A DNA stretch of 64,000 nucleotides, taken from positions 151,438 to 215,437 of the forward strand of contig NMRA01000564.1 in assembly GCA_002633005.1 (NCBI GenBank). The letters run 5' to 3'. The position numbers and the translations under genes were made by a program. Within the stretch, counting starts at the first letter, position 1; each line of letters opens with the position of its first letter. Source of the stretch: Phoronis australis (lineage: Eukaryota; Animalia; Phoronida). This document shows positions 1 to 11,965 of the stretch, one piece after another. Below the pieces are notes generated by a model. That model did not search any database, was not told the origin of the DNA, and was given only the letters and a program-made list of their open reading frames with translations.

Positions 1-266
1 TCAGTCTGCCTCAGGGTGTTTAGTTTCTTCGACAACAATAAAAATTTTTGATATCAACATCGTGTTTTGCCTGGCCCAACCTGTTGTACTACATATATCG
101 GTTTGATTTTTTTTGTTTGTAACTGAAACCATAAATCAAATTTTACAATTTATTTCCAACGTTTGCATGTGCGTGTCCAACAATAAGCAGTCCGAACTCA
201 ACTTACGTCAGTACTGAAGTAGAACAGAAAACCAGAACGTTTACCTGCAGTTTGATTTCAGAGGTA

Positions 267-1926
267 TTACCTCTGGACAGGCGGCAACGAGGAGTACTGA
301 CGTGTTGATGTGATTGCAACAATACAACTAGAATTCAATATTAAAAATCTTTCCATGCAGCTCGTAAACGGCGGTGCTACGATTAACAGGTTATTAAGCA
401 ATCTCTGCTAAAGGATAAAAATTCTGGCAATATTTACCGTAAATTATCAACTTAACTTTGTGCAACTGAAAAATGATGAATGCTGCTGCATAAGTCTTGT
501 TACTATGGTAAGACGGTTTTTTAGTAACCGTTGCTTAGGAACTGTCGCTCCCAGTTAAAAATCGCCAGCATAGTCTAAAGTACCAATATGCCAAGTTTCG
601 TGCTTTTGTCACAATTAGAGCAATTTTACCCCTTTTGCACCTTACCTTGCATCCAGACTATCCAATCGTGCCTATACTGTTAATTTAAATCGTTCTGATG
701 ACCAAATTTGATTGCGACACTCGAAACGCATTCCGACATACTTACTCAGGCTCGATGCAGTGCCAGCTGATGAGTTCTTTGTCCTCAGTGAAGTAACAGT
801 TATTATAGTTACCGCTGGTGTGGGGACCGACAGGAATGATTTCTTGCTTAACCTTGCAGTTGTTACATGCGCATATGCTGGGATGCATGTCTTGACCAGA
901 GCAAGCAACGACAAGGCATAGTGCAGCGATGAATGTCTGTAATAACAATATTTAACTTTTTTCATAAATGCTTGCATTTATCGGGAATTTCCTAAAAGAA
1001 GCCCACCCAAACGTACGTCCACGGGCGTACCTTTGAATTTTTTTCCAAAAATATGTTCATGGGCGTATTTTCGGTATCTTCGTATCTTCGGATAGAAAAT
1101 ACGCCCGGACGTATATTCGCTTTTAATTGACGTTACTTTTCGAAATGTCGTTTTCTGCATAGCCGATCATTTCGAAAATTCCGGGTACTAAAGTTACATT
1201 CGCACTGGCAACTTTAAACGTTTTGGCTAAATCGTGTAATCTGAAAACGCCTTAGCAATAAAGGCGAAACGTTGTTTTTTATCTGCGCTATATAGTTTTT
1301 CGTTGCAACCGCCTAAACAGAGACACATCAGCCAAAAAAATGTTCATGCGTTACCGAAGAGCCACCTTTAGATTAAATTGGTGATTGTCATCCTCGTGAA
1401 AACGACTTGAATTTAGTCGTTGCAAGATTTGAGCTTTGCGCTTTTTAAAATGACTTTTTAACTACTGTATATTTCGATGTTTTCTGATCAAAAAACAATC
1501 TGTCAACTGCTCGTCACTTTGTCAATTTTTCTGCTAGAAGGCAAAGCACGTCTCTTTATTTGGTATGGCGAGACATAGACGTAGTACAGTTCCCTTATAT
1601 GGAAAATATGACTTTCGACCGTTGCTGTAAAAAATCTATGGCAATTTCAAGCAATTGATGCAAGTCCTCACAGACTGTTTAAAATTAGTTATAAAAGTAT
1701 AGTAGTATTCAACTTTATTCTGAAATGCACTTGGAATTATTTTTGGAAATTGATTGCTCCACTGGCTTGCTGTGCTCCTCGGATTCAGAGTGTGAACACA
1801 CGTGATAATCTGCCGCTAAAGGCAACACAATCGAAATATAGCAAACCAATAACAAAAGCTTTTAGACGTTCATCGCAAAATACGGTGACTGAAAAGCTTT
1901 CAGTCTATATTTACCTGCATCTCCAT
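267..1926 (-). CDS. Small secreted cysteine-rich protein of unknown family (~87 aa; exons 1926-1915, 936-746, 327-267)
   Basis: Exon 1 is ATG GAG ATG CAG followed by a gtaaat donor. After the acceptor ttattacag, exon 2 reads TFIAALCLVVACSGQD...WHCIEP+GA with a gtaagt donor. After the acceptor ttctag, exon 3 completes D and reads CIVAITSTRQYSSLPPVQR*. All phases match. The N-terminus is a hydrophobic signal-peptide-like stretch and the mature part has 6 Cys. The C-terminus could instead splice onward through a donor at 270. Confidence 0.65.
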
Positions 1927-2005
1927 GTTTCTGGCTGTCTCTGACGAACTTTTGTCCTTCTGATGTGACTAACCAAAAATGACGTCGTTTCTGCAGGCAA
2001 GGCCA

Positions 2006-2014
2006 CTTATAAAG
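2006..2014 (-). promoter_or_regulatory. Putative TATA box of the small secreted protein gene
   Basis: TTTATAAG on the minus strand about 80 bp upstream of the ATG at 1926. Confidence 0.35.
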
Positions 2015-3798
2015 TGTCTGGGGGTATACGCATGCGCGTTTGTTCAACATGGTGAATATTGAATCAAAAACTAGATATTTGAAATGATTTGCCTGTCAAT
2101 TCGAAAACTGGCCTATCGGTCACACAAATTGTACGAGCGGTACTTAGTGGGCGTGTCTTAGAGACATGTGATGGACGTTCCCTTGGACACGAGCCATCAA
2201 TATTATGCCCGTGGTGTACTTGTATATTCGCCTTCTTGTCCTGAAAGATTTGGTGGAATTATATTTTTTTGTTTTTCCTTGACTACCAGATTGGATGAGG
2301 AAAGAACAATAGTGAAACAGGCTAGTTACATACCTATCGTCCCGTCTAAAAAATCCTTTGCAAGCTCTACAGTTAAAAACACAGTAGGTGGCCGTGTCAC
2401 AAACGCCGTTAGGGCTATAAGTCGAGGTTACGGAAATACCTGAAGCGTTCCTGATGCTGCGACGGATAATAATTTGAGGCTACGCGGAAAATACCTTGGG
2501 TGTTCAGGAAGAAACCAATACTGGGAGCTCTCATCAAGAAGGTTGCCTACTAGGGGTTAATTCACAAACATATAAGGTCAACATTTATTTCATTATGATT
2601 TATTCCATTATGGTGATACTTTGAAGGTATATTTTGAAAGGGTGGGACTCCGGGGTCCCTGGTACACTGTCTCTCCTTCGGGGATGTTTCAAAATCCCAT
2701 GTTAAAACAAAGGTAGCCCAGATTTTGGTGGTTGAAGACAAATGATATACAGGGTGTATAAAAATGTGCTCACACTTCAGTTCAACGCCGGAAATTCAAA
2801 AGAAGTCCCCGTGGATCAGATTCTGCGCTCGTGCGCACCTTGGATTGAACGTGGATGCGTGAGCCACGTGAATAGCAAAAAACGACTAAGTTTTGAAAAT
2901 AAAAATAACCATAACATATTCCTTATAACCTCTTATTAAACTCACGATTCCAGTTGAGTATTTTGCATAAGTCCAATCCAATGTTTGGTTGTGTACACCC
3001 GGCTGTGTATTGGAATTTACGCTCTTGGTTTGTTTGCGGAAAACTCCGATAAACACCAAACGCAATGATTCCCTGTACTGTAGAATATATAGAAAATATT
3101 AAACGAGAGCAGTTTGCACTGGATGCGAGCTCATTCGTCCGCAAGTTGGATACCTTACCTAGGAACGACTACATTACGAATAGCAGTGTCTCGGATAAGG
3201 TGTTTGCGTTTCAGCTTTCCGTTCGATTTCGAGCAGTGATAAGAGCTATGTGGAATGTATCTGAACATTCGGTTATTTCAACTTCCATATTTTCAACTTT
3301 TTATTAACAAGCCGGGCACCAGCATTTTATTTGACCTACCTTTTTAAGTCAATTCAGTGTCTGAGCGAAATTGTATTTTGTAAATGGTGAGTCTGCTCCC
3401 ATTTCGAAATCGGGGACACAGATTCTCATAAAATTGTTCATTAATTTTAAAGTAACCTTAAGTATCAACAAAAAGATATCATTTCTGTGGATTTTGGATG
3501 GTGCACAAATAAAAAGTGAGTTTGCCAACTTTTCTTATCTAAATCGCTACTGCAAAGATACTTCATTTAAAGTCTGGGAGAAACACGCATTTTGAATGAG
3601 CGGTGTTGCTGCCATCATAGTGGCAACAGATGGTTCCTTCGATACTGTAACTAGATGGAGCTATCAAATACTTTTTGCTGACAATGTCATAGCTGAATAC
3701 AGTGGCTGCCACCTATGAAGTGCCAAAAGCTTTTTACATGAGAACCTTTCTGCGCGTTGAAATATTCTTATTCAACGCGCGCTTTTACTTAATTGGCG

Positions 3799-5310
3799 AG
3801 TAGTATTGGCTAATCAACGCGCTCAATTAGTTATTCAAAGCCATTGAATTGGTTCTTAAAAATGAAGAGCCAAGGGTTCTTAAGTGAGTACCTCTCCGCG
3901 TGTTAAAATGGGCTTATTTAACACGCTCTTTTGCTTATTCAACGCATTGTTTTAGTTGTTCAACGCGATGAGATCATGCTCATTCGATACGAAGTTCGTC
4001 CATTTCCGCGTGATGTTATCGTGTACATTACTACTTGTAGTTTTTTAGCTTTTGCATCGAATTTGGCGGGTTTTCCTAATCTTCGAATAAATTGAAAAAC
4101 TACGACTATCCTTTCAAATATCGTTGGCCAACTGGGTGAACGTATTTTACGTGCGTAAGCTAATTCTTGTTAGAGGCGTAAATTAATTACTTGCGGCGTA
4201 AAGTAATTATTTGCGGTGTAGAGTAATTATTTGCGCCGCAAATAATTACTTCACGTCACTAAATAATTACTTTAAGCCTCTAACACGAATTAACTTACAC
4301 ACTTAACTTATCGGCGTATCGTTCACCCATTTGGCCAACGAAAGACAAATTCAAAGACTATGTGGATAGGTACTGGTATCTTGACAATACTCTCCATCGT
4401 ATCCCGCGTTTAATGTATTCAACATTCGTCTTAAATTGTCGAGTTTGTACAATTCGAATTAGGACTCAGTCCTCAAGGTCACTCGCTCAATAACTAGGTA
4501 TGCGTCAAATATTTACAATGAACAGATATTACATATCAAAAAAGTTTCAAATTCATTGTCACAGTGGAGAAAAGAAATTTTTAAATTAAAATCTTCGCTG
4601 CTTACGCCTGTAAGGTGTTAAGCTATTGAACAACAATTGGTGAATATACATGTAGGTTTTAGTTCTCTTATATATTAATTGAAAAACAGTTCCATTTCCT
4701 TAATATTCCATTAGAAAAGAGGAAGTCCCATTGGGCACGAAAAACCTTTCTCAAGCTCTGTTTATACATACTTATAAAGTTGTACGGAAAATGACGAATA
4801 TCGTATCGATTCAACGTCGTTGAGATGGTTTTTAAACGAATACATTTCTGTCCTTATTCAACTCGCAGAATTGCTCTTTGAACACATATTGTTACTAATT
4901 CAACGCGTACTTTTAATCAGATTTTATAGTCCAATCACGCCCGTGTTCACAAAACTCAAAATTGCGGAAGACATTCTACATGCGAGCAAGCCAAGTTTCC
5001 AAAAAATTCTCCACTACGGCCAAGTTTCTTGAAGGGTGCTTCATCGCAGCTGTACGTATGCATACTGACTGTAAACTTGTCTTTGATTGGACATAACTAA
5101 TGATTATTCAATGCGTTGAATAAACAAGACTACGCGTTTAAATAGCAACAGTACGTGTTCCATAAGAGCAGAAAAATGATCGTTTAAGAACTAAATTAAA
5201 TGGTTGAATAAGCAACAGTGCGCGTTGAGCGAGAGCAGAAAGATGGCCGTTGAATAAGTAATTCAGCGCATTGAATAACTAATTCAGCGCGTTGATTGGG
5301 CAATACTACT
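3799..5310. mobile_element. Foldback-like element with degenerate inverted arms built from TTATTCAACGCG units
   Basis: Left arm agtagtattggctaatcaacgcgctcaattagttattcaa (~3799) is a near reverse complement of right arm ttgaataactaattcagcgcgttgattgggcaatactact (~5271-5310). tattcaacgc motifs repeat on the left and gcgttgaata motifs on the right. Confidence 0.6.
4121..4341. mobile_element. Palindromic MITE with internal ~20-bp repeats, nested in the foldback element
   Basis: Termini tcgttggccaactgggtgaacg and cgttcacccatttggccaacga, with internal aattatttgcggcgtaaa units. The same family occurs at 51628-52139. Confidence 0.7.
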
Positions 5311-6796
5311 TGATATGGGAGTAACGTGGTCGTTCAAATGTGACACCGAGCCTGATTATTCGAATTAAACTAATTTAACACATATCTTGCTGAGCCGTTT
5401 CGAATCAGTCATAATAAAAGTGTAATTCGTCTTCCCTCATATCTTTGTTTCCTTCCAAGGCGACGTTCCTTGTATGTGTTCAGCGGAGAGAAAGAATGGT
5501 CAAAATCCTTTATGAGTGACCACATTCTAGAATTCATAAAAATCAAATTTTACAAATTAAATTTTGAAATGACGCAAGAATAATACAAATTTCATTTTTA
5601 ATAATTTTTTTAATATTCGTGAGCTCGATTATTTAGCTTGTGCATTCAAACCAGACTGTCATCACTTTTGGGACACGTTGTGATGCATCCCCACACCATC
5701 GACATCTAGGTGGGCGAGATTTATATTTCCGCCACCAGAACTGTCAATGTAAACGACAGAAAATCCTGTAAACTACGTTCCTACCATTATTTTTTCCCAA
5801 CTATCAGCTGCCTTTGTCAAGATGTTTTCCCAAATCATATGGGTAAGCGTGATTTATATTACTAGTTGCTTTTTGCAACCAGTAGAAATAGTCACGTAAA
5901 TGATCACATGATGATGAAATCTCCACGAAACTCAAATAATTCGTCGCTTAGAGGGCACTGAATAGTTTCAATTGTTTAAGAAGGTGGATATTGCGTAGAA
6001 TAAGGAAACTGCAAACTTTCAAAATTATCGTAATGCATGTAGCTTTACGTTACGCCGATCGGCTAGGCAATGGTACTTTCCACGGCCGACCTCCTGAATA
6101 GCCGAATCGCAAACAGATGATCCTCCGTTTGACAAAACATTCCAAAAATATAGATTGGCATTCCATTCCCATCTTTCTTGAAATATAATCGAATGTCCCT
6201 TTGTCTATTCCGAGTTTTTCGTGGAGATTGTTTCAAAATATATCCACTGCGTTTAATGCAAAAGACTGGTACCTGTTCGGCCGAATAAGTAATTGACATG
6301 CGATCGAAATCCAACACATAGCTGAATTACTTAGCGTAATGGAACAGTTATTGACTTTCTTACTCGGTCAATGCGTTGGTTTTCATAGCACAAAAATACG
6401 ATTCTTGAAAATGATATAATAGCATGGGCGAAAGTCAATAATTGTAGAAAAAATACAGTTTGTTTATGTTAGTAGCTGTTTTATTACTTAGGACTTCAAT
6501 TACACTATATTCGGTTTACTGACACAGGATTCCAGAATTTTGTTTTCACACGTGAGGTCCTTTGTTCTCGTTATCAGCTACAAACAAAATAAAACTTAAA
6601 TTAACGATAAAATATAAATATTCAAAGCTTTTTAAGATTAGATAAAAAGGAAACCATGGCCAGTAGAACTCATATCTTAATCAAAATCCGACAGTATGAA
6701 GTAAAGTTAGAGTTGGATACAACTTGAAAGCACGGTTTCAGACTAGATGAACTGTGAATATTATTGTCTCTTGCAGATTATATATTTGCGTAAGAA

Positions 6797-9700
6797 TTAC
6801 TGTACGTTGACTAGAGCTGGGTCAACTTTATCTTAAGATAGTAACGTAGAATGTTTTGCCATACTTTCTGAGGAGTAAAGTATCTCCGCTGACAACAGCA
6901 ATTCTAGTGTCTGTCAGAGAGCATTTTTTGAATTGCAGAATTGACAAAGGTGTTGCAGCAGGTACGCAGAGTTGTCACTTACGGCATGCGAAGACTTTTT
7001 TCCATTGGGTGCTCGCTCCCTTCACCTCACCGGCTATTGTTTCGAATACCGCGCACTGAGAGGCCTTGTGGTCCAGATCGAAAGCAGCATTTCGCAGGAG
7101 CACGTCGTGGTGGAGATCTTTGTCCACGGTATCCTCCGTTTGCTCGCGGTAAATGGCATCTTTTATTCTTGCTACAGAGAATATTATTAATTCAGTAAAC
7201 ACTCAACAAGCTGAAGAAAAGAGGGCATTAGAACATAAGATGACGTCAGCTCGGTTGAGTTCTATGGACGTAAGAATCTCGCGAAGGAAGCTGGTGTGAT
7301 TACGGTTTAGGCAGATGATCTTCCGTAGTTTGCATTTGATGACCTATTAATCCAAGCGTAAACTCGAGATCTCGAGTTCAAACTCTAACTTACAGTGTTC
7401 GAGCACGGAAAAATAGACTCGTATCGTGAGTTCGCACAAAGAATAGAAAATGGCAAAAACGATTTCGAGTTCCATATCAAGTGCAAAGTTTAGACCCAAG
7501 TCGGGTTTCTGTAGCTTGGCCAAAAACAAAAAAAATGTGGGCTCTGTTTAAAAACAATTTTGTGGAGTAAACGGCTAAATGGGGATTGCTGTGAAGTGTA
7601 TTCAGAGTTTTAAAGATATTTGAGTAAAATAAAGTCCGCCCATTTGACTTCGGCTTTCGTTTACGCGGATCTGGAAGTTCCGCAATTTTGAAATCACTTC
7701 TTTGTTCAAGTCGAAACTTTTGTTGCAAATACAGATTTCATTCAAACAAATAGAAACAGGAAAAATCTGGTTGGTCATGACATATTTTAGACCAAATTTC
7801 TTAAATTCAGAGGTCAAGAGCATTTGGAATCTTGTCTCCGCTCTGGAACTGCCGGAACAATCATGAATTTGTAATTTTGGAGAGAAAAATATCAAATTCA
7901 TAATTTTGTCCCTTTTGGCATTTCTAATTTATCCCGATGGCCATACCAATGCAAAAAGTCATGGTTACGTTGAATTTGTTTATTTGTGAGAAACTCCAGT
8001 AAGTGCAGTCTCTGTGTAAAGTTATGCTTTTTGTAAGGTTATTTGAGGGCAAGGGTTTTGAACTAATGTGCAATTTTGACGAAATCCATCGGTCACTAGG
8101 TCTAGATTCCAATGCTATGATACAGATAATGACGTAGGATCTAGCTATGCGAGTAGAAACATTTCGTTGACTCTCAAGTATTCGTAAACTGACTTCATCG
8201 ATAAGTTTATGCCACTGTGAGTCAACAATCAACGACACAGAATTTTATTTCAAACTCATTTAAGGAATTTGTGTGGCGAATTTTCTTCTGTATTTAGTTT
8301 TATAAAGTATTAAATAATCCATAACGTGCCCTTCATCTGAACATGATTACAAGACACGGCTTGTATGAACTTGCATTGCTGTATTTATGATAAAACGAGG
8401 AAGAGGTTCACGTTGTTATACTGCCATTCTTATCTCTTTGTCCCCAGTAAACATGTCTATATGGCATTATACCTATTTCAAAGAACTTGCGTGCCACTTC
8501 AAGGTTGCGTCTAGTCAACCCATCGAAAAGGCCACGGCGGGTGGTGTGTTTGCGACATGGTGTCCAGCATCTGAAACGCAGAGCATCTTTCATGTGAAAA
8601 ACAAAGCAGCATCCGGTGTAAACATTTCAATGTGGTCATACCTGCAAGTCTCAGTTTGGGCAGTTAACTACTACGCTAGAATTTGTCTTTTACATGTAAA
8701 AAAACAAACATGTTACCGTTTTGAGCTCTTACAAGAAAAAAATGAAATTTTCTTTGGAAAGCTTCTGTTACAGCAGTCAAAGTACCACAAAACACTTACA
8801 TGACCAATTATAAAAAAATAAACTATACGTGAATACAATGAAGTTAGTGAATTAACGAATTCTGAATCTTCAACGCGTGTCACTGCTGAAGCATTGACTA
8901 CAGTAGACGTCTGCTTTAGTTTATCACGTATCCTGTATTACCTTCTTAAACTTCAGCAAAAGCGTTTTCAAAATTTCTCTGTGAATAGGGTGATCCTGTC
9001 AAGAATTGCAGTATCCTTTAAAGAAGTTTGGTATAAACGCAAAGAGTAAGTCCGCCTTAAAATACCACGCTTCTCTCTTTTGAAATAGCCACACTATTAT
9101 TCATGCGCGCACCCCCCATTTGGCGAAGTGGGCAAAAAGGTCCGCCTCTGAGAAACGAAAAGTACGAGCAAATGAGACAAATATCCACTAAACAAGCACA
9201 AACGCGCAATTCACGGTGATGCCCCTTTTTGTCACCAAAAGGTCCACATCGTCAGGAATTCGAGCCGCCCATATTGAAGGCTGGGTGCGCGCACATATTA
9301 TTGGAATAACTGCGGTACAAAATGAGTGATATTGCACAAAGTGGTCGCGGACAAATCTGAAGAGAATGAGTTGAGGGAAGAACCCATCAATCTCACTTGG
9401 GGTTCTTTTCTCCGTCACATGCGCAGTCCGGCACTATCCAGCTCAGAGCTCCTGGGTTTTTGCACTCATCGAAATCGTTAATGGTTGTTGTGTCGTCCTG
9501 CAACAAAAGTTTTGATTAAATTCAGCTCAGCTCTCTTCTGTGCTTCGTCTTTTCACATATGATATTATTTCATTGCACGGCTCACGCTAAATTGGTACAT
9601 AATGGATTACATACCACATCATGTTACATGTACCTTTAGTCTAATATAGTTAGGCTGTTTTAGTGTCGGTTGTCAACATAATTCAAATGTCAGTTAACTT

Positions 9701-11965
9701 ATTTTTGCTAACACGACCACTTAAACTTTTTGGTGAATCACTCAAGTCGCATGTCAAAAGACAAACTACAAAAACAACGCCTTCAATAGATCCATTGGAG
9801 CGTAGTGTTCATGTATGCTTAATGACAAGAAATATTACCAAACCAATTTCCCTCAATCCATTACGGATGTAGCGATCTTTCCTCTCACATATTTAAGGAT
9901 GAAGCCATATGCATAAGCATGACCCTCAATGAGTTTCGGGTTTTATTTCCAGCACACAACTTGAATTGTAAATCAAGCTGTGCTAGTGTCCCACTTACGC
10001 TGTTATCTCCGTTGAAGTTTCCGCAAAGACCACAGACCCTGTTGCCATAGCTAACTGGAAGCCAAATTCTCACGTCTATCCAGCTGGTACCGACGTGGAC
10101 AATCACCTTTAGCCCAAAATTTGTCATGACATTAATGGAACCTCCGCTATTGGTTATCCAGAGCTTATTGGTGAGCCACGAGTATGTAGATGGAACACTG
10201 ACGGGAAAACCATTGATCTGGAAATTGACGTTACACAAGATGCTATTATATTACCTATATGTTCTGACGTCACTGTTGCAGTTGCACCATAAGTGCCTCC
10301 ATAAACATTACTCAAAAGTTTAAATTGGTTAATCGTATATTTCGTATCTGTCGATTGGCTAAAAGATGCTTCCTTTAAAGAGGCATGGAACGCAAAAACT
10401 CATCAAAAGTATCTCTTAAACAATTCCCGACAAAAGCACCCTCTCGCAACGTCTACTGCGGAGTTATTCATTTTCCCCTGTGAAGGAATTTCTAGACAAA
10501 TTCACAAAGTTCACGACTTTTGAAATACGATCGAAGGAAATAATACGACGATACCTTTATAACTAATTCTAAAGAGACATGGATCGTGAAAGCTCGTCAA
10601 AAATATCTTTTAAACAATTCCTGACGAAAGTTTCATCTGGCAACGTCTAGTACAGAATACAGAAAATTTCTAGAAAAAAATCACAAAATTCAATATTTTT
10701 GAAATATGCGCGAAAGAAAAACTATGTGGTTACCACAGAGTTTCTATTCTCCTTCCCACTCATGATATGTACGCTCATGCGTTCAGTCAGTTGCTTGAAG
10801 TCGCTTTAGGTCAAAGGTCACATTTTCCATATAAGGGAATTGCGCTACGTTTATGTCTTGCCTTGTGGGAGAAAATCGGCGAAGTGGCTATGAGTTGAAA
10901 ATTAGAAACTAAAAAAATGCTTTGATATCAACAGAAATTAAAAATCTTTACGAACAAACCCTAAAAATACCTGTTGAGTAGTTTAATTCTGTTTCAGTGG
11001 CAGAGAACTGCTTTTAATATTGCAATTTAGTCTGTTTATCGCGTTCCAGGCCTCTTTAAACAGGTAGGACATTAATCGCCTCTTAATCGGACAGGTTGGT
11101 GCTCAAAGTGGTCCTGATTTTTTTACATCAAAGGTCAAAGGTTACATTTTCCATATAAGGGAAATGTGCTACGTCTGCGTCTTGCCATACCAATTCAGGA
11201 GACGTGCTTTGCATTGCGGGAGAAAAATCTATGAAATGACGAGCAGTTGACTGGTCGTTTTTAAACTAAAAGTTAAGTAGTTAACATCAACAGATATTCA
11301 ATTTTTACGAAGAAATTGTAAAAATACCTGGTGAGCAGGTTGAATTGTGCCACTAACGCATAACTCTTATATAATTGGTTATACTGAGCCATATTTCCCA
11401 GATCAACACGTCAAGGAGTTTCTTTTCAAAATACGTTACGTCCACAGGAGTGAATATAATCAAACCTACTGAAACGCATAAATCGTAAGTGTAAATGTCC
11501 CCATCAGTTTCAAAAGAAGTAAGCAAAGTGCACATAACATACACTAGAAAAAGTTAAAACCAGTGCTTTATTTGTAAAGTATAAACTTTAAAAAACACTC
11601 ATGGGAAGTGTTGATTCCAAACATCTAAGACAGAATTGTTTTTAACTCTCATGCTATGCATGTTAGAATCTTTACCTTAACTCCTGAGAAGTCAATACTG
11701 ACAGTTAATCCAAAGACTTTAACCTCGACATAAACTATACAAGAGACTGGATTAGCCGCAGTGCCTCCATTACATAACTTATGTCGAGTGAGGACTTGGA
11801 AATGTTGCAAGTTGCCTGGAACGCACAGCTCGCTCATAATGTACAGGCAGTCTTTGCCGTAACCGTGAAAGTCGTAGTGCAGACCGTCGTAAGTTTTCCA
11901 ATGGGGGTCGCCAGTTCCTGAGCACATGCCGACAGGAGACCTTTGTACAGTAGCTCCGTGTAGTT
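6797..11965 (-). CDS. von Willebrand factor type D (VWD) domain protein with degenerate C8-like C-terminus; 5' exons unresolved (exons 11965-11676, 10217-9999, 9497-9397, 8570-8473, 7171-6983, 6816-6797)
   Basis: VWD hallmarks CSGTGDPHWKTYDGLHYDFHG and YGNRVCGLCGNFNGD. The six exons have canonical sites and compatible phases (in 1, then 0, 0, 2, 1, 1). The last exon is less certain. Confidence 0.8.
10379..11055. mobile_element. Non-autonomous DNA transposon with TTAA target (Kolobok-like) in a VWD-gene intron
   Basis: ttaa|agaggcatggaacgc ... gcgttccaggcctct|ttaa. A second partial left end lies at ~10572. The internal segment ttttccatataagggaa recurs at ~11147 and, inverted, at ~1565-1610. 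Confidence 0.6.

Noticed and set aside
2747-3009. Tc1/mariner-type MITE starting TA|CAGGGTG
   Set aside because: The right-hand TIR is too degenerate to call confidently.
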